From the IMG/VR virus record IMGVR_UViG_3300009159_000064, positions 5,253-69,252 of that record: a stretch of 64,000 bases of DNA. One strand, 5' to 3'. Shown piece by piece: positions 17,029 through 25,452 of this stretch (position 1 is its first letter; each line of letters opens with the position of its first letter). A program made the translations under genes and the position numbers. The stretch is from a virus. The notes beneath the pieces were generated by a model. That model was not told where the DNA came from, ran no database searches, and saw only the letters and a list, made by a program, of their open reading frames with translations.

Positions 17029-17341
17029 GTGGGTTAGCCTCTCGGTATAATACGAGGGCAATGATGGCGTAGGCGGCCAAATCCATTAAAGAGTCTTCAA
17101 TTCCTTCGTTGACTAAAGCACTACCTTTCGCAGCGTTTTGCAAACGGACAACTTTGTCATTGGCTCTTACCAGTGTTCCAATCCATGCTGGGATTCCCCA
17201 TTGCTCAGAAGAACGCACATTACCTAAAGTGTCTATGCCTATTCCGTAGTCTCTGCCTTTTCTGTCATGGAGTAAAGCCATTTCTTCCAGCACCTGAAAG
17301 AACATGGGATGACCATGCAAGTGTTCAAACATTTTGCTCAT
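17015..17341 (-). CDS. DUF1599 / nucleotide-modification-associated domain 1 protein
   Basis: KGRDYG, VRANDKVVRL, EDSLMDLAAYAII. Confidence 0.8.
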   Translation of the reverse strand: MSKMFEHLHGHPMFFQVLEEMALLHDRKGRDYGIGIDTLGNVRSSEQWGIPAWIGTLVRANDKVVRLQNAAKGSALVNEGIEDSLMDLAAYAIIALVLYREANPHGNT

Positions 17342-17784
17342 ACGTCAGGATCTGACTCAAGCCATGTTGTTAATTCATCAACATGGTAAAAGATAGGTAT
17401 ACCGACTTTCTTGGCTTCAACTATTTCTCTATCAGCACCTTGAGAAATGCCACCGAGTCGTAAAATAGCGTCACAGCGTCGCATAACCAATAAACAATAC
17501 TCAGACCAAAAAGATGGTTCATGAGGCATTACAGTATTCCACAGCATTACAAGATGGGGAACAATAGGAACGCAAACACCTGACACATATAACTCGTCGG
17601 CTGTGCGTATTGCTAAATTGGTATTCTCTATAGGGTCTGGAAATGAGTAGGGAGCAGAAATGTAGACATGGGGCAACAAAAGATGTGCCAATGTCCTTAA
17701 ACCACTTTTCTCGTTTTCGTCCAGATCAGGGTTACGAATATCTTCAGAAAAATTACGCATTGTATAACCAGACTTTTCAATCAT
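17338..17784 (-). CDS. Nucleoside 2-deoxyribosyltransferase-like protein (DUF1937/DUF4406-like)
   Basis: VYISAPYS...PH...RCDAILRLGGISQGADRE. Confidence 0.75.
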   Translation of the reverse strand: MIEKSGYTMRNFSEDIRNPDLDENEKSGLRTLAHLLLPHVYISAPYSFPDPIENTNLAIRTADELYVSGVCVPIVPHLVMLWNTVMPHEPSFWSEYCLLVMRRCDAILRLGGISQGADREIVEAKKVGIPIFYHVDELTTWLESDPDV

Positions 17785-17816
17785 TTTATCCTTATTGTGT
17801 ACAGTTTGTGTTTATA

Positions 17817-18071
17817 TTACTTAGACGACTTAGTATTCCATTCTGAGATTGCACGAACCATTGCTACCATATGCCCAGTTAGGTCTTCTGAACCATCCTG
17901 TAATGCCTGACAGTAACTATTGGTTGATGTGATAACGGCTTGGGCGTAAGTTACCTTACGGAGTAAGGAATCTACTAATTCTTTTAAATCAGCCTTATCT
18001 TCGTTTGCCCGTTCTAGAGAGTTTTGCAAATCTTGGATAACTGCATATTCGTAAATTGTGTCTGTTGCCAT
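17817..18071 (-). CDS. Coiled-coil hypothetical protein
   Basis: GAGGA RBS before MATD. Confidence 0.7.
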   Translation of the reverse strand: MATDTIYEYAVIQDLQNSLERANEDKADLKELVDSLLRKVTYAQAVITSTNSYCQALQDGSEDLTGHMVAMVRAISEWNTKSSK

Positions 18072-18128
18072 GATTTCCTCGCTTTCTATTGGGTACATAT
18101 CAAATGTACCTTACTTTGGTCAAGTTTG

Positions 18129-19565
18129 TCAGTTATCTTCGCTTAAGTCAAGTATTTCCGAGTACATAGCATCAGCCTGTTGGCGATTAAACCCACCATC
18201 GGTTAGTTGTTTGGTTGCGTTTCCCACACCGTTACCGAACAAACGACTCAAAACTCCACTGCTACCTCTTGCTTCAACTTCCAGTCTGACCATATCTCTA
18301 GTATCGGATATGTCTTTAAACTTCTCTACAAATGAGAACAATCTATCTATCTCATCGGACAATGCTGGGTCAAGCCCTTGTCCTTCAAGCTCTTCAGCAA
18401 AGCGAGCAAACAAAACACGACTTACTTGCATCTCTAACATTGCTCGTAATGCAGCTTGTAATTGATCTTTTGTTTTGATCTCAACAGGTAACTTAAAACC
18501 ACATTCTGAATTCTCACGAAACGCAGGACAACGTGCCGAGAGATAGCAACTATTGCACTGTCTTAAAAGGTTAGAATTATACCTAATTGTAGATACTGAT
18601 TCTATACTTATTTCCCCATCTTCTCCATGTTCTGCAAGGGTTTCTGCTAATGGACTTGAATACTGTTCCACTCCCATTATTGGTAATATCATCTTTTCTG
18701 TTTCGTGCCGCTTTTCTACCCCCCTTATAGCAACACTTGCACCCCCTTGTGCCACTTTTTGAGAAATTGCATTTTGGTCGGTATAGTTGCTATTGCTATC
18801 ATTATCTAATAGACCCATTTCTTGTTCATCATCGTCTTTTGTGGGGTCATAGACCCCAAAAGTTTGATTCTCCCAAGCCTTCCATGACATGATTGCAAGT
18901 TTGGCTACTTCGTTATTATCATCTTGAATGATTGCATCTATGTCTAAACCTAATCTTTGTATATCTGCTCTGTGTTTTTTGCGGGACGAATCTTTTTGTT
19001 GTGCGGGATATCTTCGCAAGCCATGACCATCCCATACTTGTGTTTCCCCATAACGAACAGCACTAGTCCAAGAACCTACTAAGGCTGAGTCCCACGGAAT
19101 AGTCTCCAGAATGTCTGGCTTAGAAGACACGGCTATTAGTTTTGCATCCCAACGAGTCATGGCATTTCTAATTTTAGAAACAGTTTTACCATTTATTGCT
19201 TTGTCGCTTATCGCTGCTTTTCCATACTTCTGACAAAGCCATGACAAGCGTTCTAGGTCGTCAGGATCATTCCATAATGGTACATACCGATCACCAAGCC
19301 AAGAGCCATCATAATCTGGGCGACCAATAATGTGGGTCAAACTCTCGTAATGCTCCCTTACAAAAGAATCGTAACGTGTTATATCCTCATCATTTTCTGA
19401 GGTATAAAGAGTTATCTCCCCGCCATTAAACATGGCGGTTAAATCTAATTCTTTCTTTTTTGGTATTGCTAAATGGGTAAGGTTTACAGCAAATCTGGTA
19501 ACACCCGAAGCAAGCAATAGTGAGCGAAATGATGACTTCTCAGAGTTAGCAAAGTATATTTTCAT
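18129..19565 (-). CDS. 478-aa protein: alpha/beta N-terminal domain, acidic linker, Cys4 C-terminal domain
   Basis: MKIYFA start; CNSCYLSARCPAFRENSEC. Confidence 0.8.
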   Translation of the reverse strand: MKIYFANSEKSSFRSLLLASGVTRFAVNLTHLAIPKKKELDLTAMFNGGEITLYTSENDEDITRYDSFVREHYESLTHIIGRPDYDGSWLGDRYVPLWNDPDDLERLSWLCQKYGKAAISDKAINGKTVSKIRNAMTRWDAKLIAVSSKPDILETIPWDSALVGSWTSAVRYGETQVWDGHGLRRYPAQQKDSSRKKHRADIQRLGLDIDAIIQDDNNEVAKLAIMSWKAWENQTFGVYDPTKDDDEQEMGLLDNDSNSNYTDQNAISQKVAQGGASVAIRGVEKRHETEKMILPIMGVEQYSSPLAETLAEHGEDGEISIESVSTIRYNSNLLRQCNSCYLSARCPAFRENSECGFKLPVEIKTKDQLQAALRAMLEMQVSRVLFARFAEELEGQGLDPALSDEIDRLFSFVEKFKDISDTRDMVRLEVEARGSSGVLSRLFGNGVGNATKQLTDGGFNRQQADAMYSEILDLSEDN

Positions 19566-20047
19566 TTCGTTTCTTTTTCTGCTCTAAAAATGCTTTGTAC
19601 TTCTATTTCCCTAACTAGGTCATCCCACATCTGCTTTTCTCTGGGCTTATCCTCTCGCCATTCTGGACGAACAAATGCTGGTAAACCAACTAAAATTGAT
19701 GGAACAGCATCCTGCATAACTAACTTGACTGTGCGTGGATCTGAGTCAACAAACCAATTTAATTTGCCATATACAGCATTAAGATCACGAATGCGGTCAC
19801 GAATACTCTCAGGTGTTGTAGTTGATATTACATCTATATGCGAGTACTTATAACCTTCTAGTTTTGCCCATCCTTGAATCAAATCTGCTCTAGTTGTACC
19901 AGTAGCCAAGATAATCATGTTTCCGTGATATTGATTGTAAAGAGCATTCCATAACCCTCTTGATTCAGGTGATGGTTGTCGGGCGCCAATGGACATTGCT
20001 TTATCCGTTGTTGGATACGCCAGTACATCAAATGTAACTACGATCAT
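19562..20047 (-). CDS. Degenerate HAD-fold protein
   Basis: IVVTFDVLA ... WFVDSDP resemble HAD motifs I and IV. Confidence 0.45.
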   Translation of the reverse strand: MIVVTFDVLAYPTTDKAMSIGARQPSPESRGLWNALYNQYHGNMIILATGTTRADLIQGWAKLEGYKYSHIDVISTTTPESIRDRIRDLNAVYGKLNWFVDSDPRTVKLVMQDAVPSILVGLPAFVRPEWREDKPREKQMWDDLVREIEVQSIFRAEKETK

Positions 20048-20523
20048 TTATTTACGTCAATGTCGTACAATCCTATTTCTTTTCGTTCTTTATGTGCTAC
20101 ATAGGATGCGCAAGGGCAGTACATACATAGGTATTGGCGTTTTGCAGGAGGAACACCAGTTTTACGTCCAATAATCTTAGATTCGTCACACCAATCTATG
20201 CATGAATCTTTAGGTCTGTTATGTGAGTTAAAGCAACGTAAAGCATCTACTTTAAGTTCATCTCTAAAGTCTTTAATATAAACATCTAATTCGCCAAGTT
20301 TGTTTGTTAATACAGTTTCCATATCTAATTTTGCTGCAGTATCTGCATCTACTCTGAATATTGAAGCATTGCAGTTTTGAGGATCTGGCACTTGAGCGTT
20401 ATGCCTATCGCATATTTCACGCAATTCCATGTCATACTCAGCAGGACCTTCATATGGCTTTAGTTTCCACATGGTGTTGTGTGTTTTACAAACTAATAAT
20501 CGTTCATCTGGTTTATCTGACAT
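20044..20523 (-). CDS. Cys-rich hypothetical protein
   Basis: CKTH, CFNSHNRP..CIDW, LCMYCP. Confidence 0.8.
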   Translation of the reverse strand: MSDKPDERLLVCKTHNTMWKLKPYEGPAEYDMELREICDRHNAQVPDPQNCNASIFRVDADTAAKLDMETVLTNKLGELDVYIKDFRDELKVDALRCFNSHNRPKDSCIDWCDESKIIGRKTGVPPAKRQYLCMYCPCASYVAHKERKEIGLYDIDVNK

Positions 20524-20573
20524 TTTGTTCCACTTTTCTAGTCGTTACCCGTACTATACACGAAGATTAGTGA

Positions 20574-20903
20574 TTATGGGTGGACAGGCCCATCTTCATG
20601 CAAAGAAGCTTGAGCGGCTGGATGCATAACTATAGATTTACGAACATCATCATAATTTATGCCACCCATGTCCGTTATTGCAACGGGGTTTGGAATAATG
20701 CCCAATAACTGACCATAGTTATGAATCATGTTGTCTGACATAGTGGACAAATGCGCATATAATTCCCCAGATCTAGGGTGCAACTTCTGGGAAGGATGCA
20801 TACCTCTGGAGACTTGACGAGAAATATCATCTCTAGTATCCATACCTTTTTGCTTGTTTATTTTGCGTTTTCTAAACTCATTCATGTCTATTAACTCACC
20901 CAT
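20574..20903 (-). CDS. Hypothetical protein (LIDMNEFRKRK, GMDTR...RQV, HPS motifs)
   Basis: 109-aa ORF in packed operon. Confidence 0.75.
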   Translation of the reverse strand: MGELIDMNEFRKRKINKQKGMDTRDDISRQVSRGMHPSQKLHPRSGELYAHLSTMSDNMIHNYGQLLGIIPNPVAITDMGGINYDDVRKSIVMHPAAQASLHEDGPVHP

Positions 20904-20909
20904 GATTAC

Positions 20910-21134
20910 TTACCAACCGTCTGTATTTTTGTCAAACTTTTGAGGGGTGTCCACACCATCGTTGTCCATGGCTACTTTGTAAGCACTTTCAGCATCTTCT
21001 TGTTCTAAATCTTTCTGTAAGTCAGGACTTAGAATTCGTTGAACTGTTGCGCCTCCGCCCATGTCAAACGTAGTCATTCCTTTTTTACTAACCTTGCGAT
21101 TAGGATTATGTCGTTCGTCTTTACCATTAGCCAT
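20910..21134 (-). CDS. Small protein starting MANGKDERHNPNRKV
   Basis: N-terminus nearly identical to that of 23227-23550. Confidence 0.8.
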   Translation of the reverse strand: MANGKDERHNPNRKVSKKGMTTFDMGGGATVQRILSPDLQKDLEQEDAESAYKVAMDNDGVDTPQKFDKNTDGW

Positions 21135-21137
21135 GAT

Positions 21138-21392
21138 TTATATTTCTTTCTCCCAATCAAATAATTGGGGTTTAGGTTCAACCAACCTAACTGTTGGCTT
21201 AGCTTTAACAAGTGCTGTTCGTCTTTTCCATTCTGAATGTGTTTCAAAATCTTTTCTTTTAGTATCTTTTCTAGGGACATACCGATCAAAAGTTTTATCG
21301 TTACCTACGTCAGTAACTTCTTCGTAGCCATTTATTGAAACACCATTAGAGTTTTTATGAGGAATTGGGCGCATTCTATGATCGTATGCCAT
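21138..21392 (-). CDS. Small basic hypothetical protein
   Basis: Start MAYDH avoids overlap; ends PQLFDWEKEI. Confidence 0.65.
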   Translation of the reverse strand: MAYDHRMRPIPHKNSNGVSINGYEEVTDVGNDKTFDRYVPRKDTKRKDFETHSEWKRRTALVKAKPTVRLVEPKPQLFDWEKEI

Positions 21393-21408
21393 AATCTTTG
21401 TAATCACG

Positions 21409-21648
21409 TTAGTCGTGAGTACACTCACCTTTAGAGCATTCATCCATAGTCCAGCCACCTTTTGTTGCTTCATGTCGTCTGAACTCTAAGTTTCTTTTTC
21501 CTAAAGCTGTAAATGGCATTTGTTTGCCAGTCTTCAAAGTTACGTGAAATGGAATCATCCCAGAAACGCCAGATTCATCCATGACGTTTATGCCTTTGTC
21601 TGAGACATCAATTGTGCTTGGGTCATTACCCTCAGAAACGTCTGTCAT
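21409..21648 (-). CDS. Hypothetical protein
   Basis: 79-aa ORF. Confidence 0.65.
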   Translation of the reverse strand: MTDVSEGNDPSTIDVSDKGINVMDESGVSGMIPFHVTLKTGKQMPFTALGKRNLEFRRHEATKGGWTMDECSKGECTHD

Positions 21649-21653
21649 GTCAG

Positions 21654-21857
21654 TTACAAACTTAGTGTTGGGTCTTTAACCTCAGCTAAAGGTGAGCGAC
21701 TAGTAATGTTGTACTGTTCGTTAATTACCATAGAGCGCTTGAGTATAGGGCCAGTTTCTACTACCCCACCACGATCTGGAGAAAGGTTTTTGAAGGTTCC
21801 GTCAGTTGCGCCTAAGCGAAGATCTGCGTTTTGAGAGCGAGAAGAGTTTACAGCCAT
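21654..21857 (-). CDS. Hypothetical protein (leaderless)
   Basis: TAAACT-N6-ATG. Confidence 0.75.
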   Translation of the reverse strand: MAVNSSRSQNADLRLGATDGTFKNLSPDRGGVVETGPILKRSMVINEQYNITSRSPLAEVKDPTLSL

Positions 21858-21869
21858 AGTACTAGTTTA

Positions 21870-22595
21870 TCACCTTGAACGTCTGTTAGATGGACCATTG
21901 ATAAACGTAAGAGAAGAATCACCAGCACCTGGTGTTGGTGGATTGTTTTTTGGTGTTCTTGGTGTTTTACTTGCTGGTGTATTTGTTTTCTTTGCCGCTC
22001 TCTTTGTTGCAAGCTCGGCTACTCTTTCTGGTGTTTTTGGGGTGTATGGTCCTCTTGGTTTTCCTGTATTCTTAGCAGGTTGTGCAGGTCCACCTAGTTT
22101 TACGTTTTGATTAAATTCATTAAAAGCGGATGCTCCAGTTGCATCGTTAATGTCACCGCCAGCTATTGCGTTTTTATTTACGCTAAAATCCTGCATTGTA
22201 GGATTAAAATTAAAATCACCACCGCCAGGATTGTTAAATGTGTTGGTTTGTGTTGTACCATCATCGGACATAGAGCTGGTTTGACTCATACCTTGAGGTT
22301 GACCTTGACCTTGTGATTGGCTTTGATTTCTTGATCTTCTTGAGTTACCCCTACCATTATTATTAAAAGGACTTAGGTAGTTATAAGGGTTAAACATGGA
22401 AGCAAGATCATTCGTCATGCCATTAGCTGCTGGTGGTGCTTGATTACTTATACCAAAGTTATAGCCACCAGAACCACTACTACCAACACTGCCCAAACCT
22501 TGCCTTGTGGGACTTGGGGTTATGTCTCGTGGATTACGCCCAGTGGCGTTGTATAGCGGAGCTACGGGAGATGCACCAAATCTGTCAGAAGCCAT
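21870..22595 (-). CDS. Low-complexity G/N/Q/P-rich protein (leaderless)
   Basis: TAAACT-N6-ATG; shares SVNK-A-AGG-IN motif with 23858-25417. Confidence 0.8.
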   Translation of the reverse strand: MASDRFGASPVAPLYNATGRNPRDITPSPTRQGLGSVGSSGSGGYNFGISNQAPPAANGMTNDLASMFNPYNYLSPFNNNGRGNSRRSRNQSQSQGQGQPQGMSQTSSMSDDGTTQTNTFNNPGGGDFNFNPTMQDFSVNKNAIAGGDINDATGASAFNEFNQNVKLGGPAQPAKNTGKPRGPYTPKTPERVAELATKRAAKKTNTPASKTPRTPKNNPPTPGAGDSSLTFINGPSNRRSR

Positions 22596-22612
22596 AGATA
22601 CAGTTTACTCTA

Positions 22613-22930
22613 TTACCAAAGGTTGTTCATAGAATAACGACCAGAACCTGTAAAAGCATCGTCATTCATCTGTGCTCTTGTAAGCATGTTTACTGCTCCA
22701 GATACCCAAGAACGGTAAGTTGGGGCGTTTCTATCAACAGATAAAATGTCCATAACACCAAGTTCTTGTTTAATAAAACCCCTACGCTCTGGCATCAACT
22801 GCTGAGGTACGACTGGGCGTATATTTCTAATTGTTTCAGGATCAGAAATAGCAACTTCCAATGCAGTATCCACTAACATCTCTTCACGAGATTGCCAAGG
22901 TCTACGAGTGCGGAAGTTATCTACAGGCAT
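22613..22930 (-). CDS. Hypothetical protein
   Basis: 105 aa, TAATG coupling. Confidence 0.75.
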   Translation of the reverse strand: MPVDNFRTRRPWQSREEMLVDTALEVAISDPETIRNIRPVVPQQLMPERRGFIKQELGVMDILSVDRNAPTYRSWVSGAVNMLTRAQMNDDAFTGSGRYSMNNLW

Positions 22931-23223
22931 TAGTAACCTGCTTTTACGTTCTTTTTTGCTTGTCTTTTAGCCCCAAACCTAGTTCTCTTTTTGTTAGCAG
23001 TGTCAATAGTAGTATCACCAATTTCTTTTTTAGCAACTACTGGAAAATATCCTTTTTGTGGAGTTGCAGGTGTAGACCCAACCTCAACAGGAGTTACACC
23101 AGGATCATCTTTCATTTGAGAGTTTTTTGGCATGTCTTTAGACATTTCGCCAACATACCCATAAGGTTTAGTTCTTGTTACAGACCGATTGGGGTGATTA
23201 CTAGTGTCTTTTCCGCCAGCCAC
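22930..23223 (-). CDS. Small basic protein starting MAGGKDTSNHPNRSV
   Basis: GTG start; variant of the shared N-terminal motif. Confidence 0.75.
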   Translation of the reverse strand: MAGGKDTSNHPNRSVTRTKPYGYVGEMSKDMPKNSQMKDDPGVTPVEVGSTPATPQKGYFPVVAKKEIGDTTIDTANKKRTRFGAKRQAKKNVKAGY

Positions 23224-23226
23224 AAT

Positions 23227-23550
23227 TTAAGATCTCGAGCTTTTTGGTAAATCTACAATAGTGCCATCTTCATATTCTTCATACCCTGAAGGTCCACTTC
23301 CATGCAAAACAGTTTTAACAAGATTTAATCCTGGAGCACTAGGATCATTTCTATACACTCTTTTACCTTTTGTATGATCGTAATCATAGTCGTAACGTGG
23401 AACAGTTCCATTTTTTGTACGCAGTTCAGATGGTAAATCTACAATAGTACCGTCTTCATACTCTTCGTAGCCTGAAGGTCCACCCTCGTGTAAAACAGTT
23501 CTAACAGGTCTACGATTAGGGTTATGTCGTTCGTCTTTACCTTGTGCCAT
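23227..23550 (-). CDS. Protein starting MAQGKDERHNPNR with internal duplication
   Basis: TVLHxxGPSGYEEYEDGTIVDLP x2. Confidence 0.8.
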   Translation of the reverse strand: MAQGKDERHNPNRRPVRTVLHEGGPSGYEEYEDGTIVDLPSELRTKNGTVPRYDYDYDHTKGKRVYRNDPSAPGLNLVKTVLHGSGPSGYEEYEDGTIVDLPKSSRS

Positions 23551-23552
23551 GA

Positions 23553-23852
23553 TTAGCTCCCCATTGGTGAGTGAAAGTTATCGCCAGGATGTTGACGATA
23601 CCATTGTCCTTCATGTTGAATATCTTTCCATTGTTCATGACCTGACCTACTAATATCCAAATCACTTTTAGTAGTAAGTCTGCGTTTATTTGCTAAATCC
23701 ATAGCATGTCGGTTTGCATCCATTTCAGCAGTTTCGCCTCTAAACTCTGCATGATGTTTACCATCAACAGTTACTATAGAGTGCATTCCACTCGTTGAGT
23801 GCTGTTGGGAAACTCCCCAACCATGATACATTCCTAATTCAAAGTCGCTCAT
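23553..23852 (-). CDS. His-rich hypothetical protein
   Basis: 99-aa ORF, AAGGA RBS. Confidence 0.7.
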   Translation of the reverse strand: MSDFELGMYHGWGVSQQHSTSGMHSIVTVDGKHHAEFRGETAEMDANRHAMDLANKRRLTTKSDLDISRSGHEQWKDIQHEGQWYRQHPGDNFHSPMGS

Positions 23853-23857
23853 ATTAG

Positions 23858-25417
23858 TTATCCTTTGTTAGTTGGTCGGCTACCACGAGATGCATTTTGC
23901 GCTCGTGGATGCCCTGATGTTGCATTACCTGAAGTGCTGGCAGTTACCCCGCCTTTACCTGAACTAGTTGCTCTACCTGAAGTAGTTGCAGTTACTGGTC
24001 CATATCCACCGCTTATCTTTTGTGTGTGTGTATTACCAACTGTTGCGCCAACTGCATTGTTTATGTTACCACCAGCATATGCACCTTTGTTAACACTGTA
24101 ATCCCCACCAGACGTAGGTGGTTCTGGAGCATTTTGTTTTGCTGGGGCAGAATACGGCGAAGCTGGTGCAGACGTTTGTGGTGCAGACGCTTGCGGTGCA
24201 GACGCTTGCGGTGCAGACGCTGTAGGTGGTTGTAATGCTTGTGGTGCTGAAGATTGTGGTGCTGAAGCAGATGGCCTAACCATTGATTGTGCCCAATTCT
24301 TTGCGCCTTGACCAAAATGACTCATTCTTTCCCTAAGGCGTGGTGGTAGCACTGTGCTTTGTTCACCATCATTAACTGTTTCTTTTTCATGATCAAACAG
24401 TTTTACTTCTGGCTCACCATTTAGATGTTCCCAAGCCTTTGGGTCGGATGGGCCAAATAGGGGTACATCTGTGCGTGGGTACCCTATTTCAGCTACTGGT
24501 TTTGGTGCAGTTCCTGCTTTTTGTTCTGCTACCGTACCAAAAATACTTTTTGGCATAGCATCAGATGAAGATGAAGATGCTGGATCACGGCGTGTAGGTG
24601 TTGTCTCTAGAGGATCTACAGGATTTGCTGCTTTTTGCTCTGCATATGTACCAAACATGTTTGGCTTTAATGCAGGAGTACTTGGGTCTTCAGTTTTTTT
24701 AGAAATCTCGGTAAACTTTTCTTTAGCCATTGGAAGAGAAATGCTATTCATGTCACTAACAGATACTTGGTTTAACGTATCTACAAGAGAAGTTTTTGGA
24801 GTTTTTGCAATTTCAGAAGTTACTGCATCTGATGGAGCACTTGTTGCATCAGCTTTTTCTTTAGATGCTTCTCTTGCAGCACGCTCTCTTGCAGTGCGAG
24901 CTGCTTGTTGTTCTGGAGTCCTTGTACGTGAAGATTTAGTTCTTGCTGGGGTAGCATCGGCGGTAGCATCGGCGGTAGCATCGGAAACTTTGCCCACTAC
25001 GGCTTCTACTGCAGGAGTCATATTCTTTCCTGCGCCGCTAGCCTTGCCTTTTTTACCTTTTTTACTTGCCATGTCAGCATCCTTTGTAATAGTAGTAGTA
25101 GTTCCTTGATACGAAGTTCCTTCAGGGTAATATTTGTTTGGTCCTATCTTGTATGAACCGCCAGCTTCTCTTACATCAGCAAGAATTTGCTCATAATCTG
25201 CTGTAGATGGATTTAACCGTCTTTTTTTCTCTTTTGCTAATTGTTCTGGAGTAATGCCTAGATTCTTTTTGTCGGTACGTGCATCCTGCCTTTTCCTTTT
25301 TGCAACTTCGTCAGGTGGCAATAAATCAATCATTTCTTGTGCCGACATCACTGGCACGCCGTCCTCATTTACCTTTGGTTTCTTTGCTTTTTTAGCCATG
25401 GGCGTTACATTCTCCAC
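23858..25417 (-). CDS. Large disordered A/P/S/T/K-rich protein
   Basis: 519-aa ORF (start may be 25399); SAPQA and ADAT repeats. Confidence 0.8.
   Translation of the reverse strand: MENVTPMAKKAKKPKVNEDGVPVMSAQEMIDLLPPDEVAKRKRQDARTDKKNLGITPEQLAKEKKRRLNPSTADYEQILADVREAGGSYKIGPNKYYPEGTSYQGTTTTITKDADMASKKGKKGKASGAGKNMTPAVEAVVGKVSDATADATADATPARTKSSRTRTPEQQAARTARERAAREASKEKADATSAPSDAVTSEIAKTPKTSLVDTLNQVSVSDMNSISLPMAKEKFTEISKKTEDPSTPALKPNMFGTYAEQKAANPVDPLETTPTRRDPASSSSSDAMPKSIFGTVAEQKAGTAPKPVAEIGYPRTDVPLFGPSDPKAWEHLNGEPEVKLFDHEKETVNDGEQSTVLPPRLRERMSHFGQGAKNWAQSMVRPSASAPQSSAPQALQPPTASAPQASAPQASAPQTSAPASPYSAPAKQNAPEPPTSGGDYSVNKGAYAGGNINNAVGATVGNTHTQKISGGYGPVTATTSGRATSSGKGGVTASTSGNATSGHPRAQNASRGSRPTNKG
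24165..24221. repeat. Coding tandem repeat, 15-bp unit x~4 (ASAPQ)
   Basis: GGTGCAGACGYTTGY repeated; also GGTAGCATCGGC x3 at 24950-24984. Confidence 0.85.
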
Positions 25418-25452
25418 TGAAGACGAATTAGACTCTCCTACTTTACCACAAG

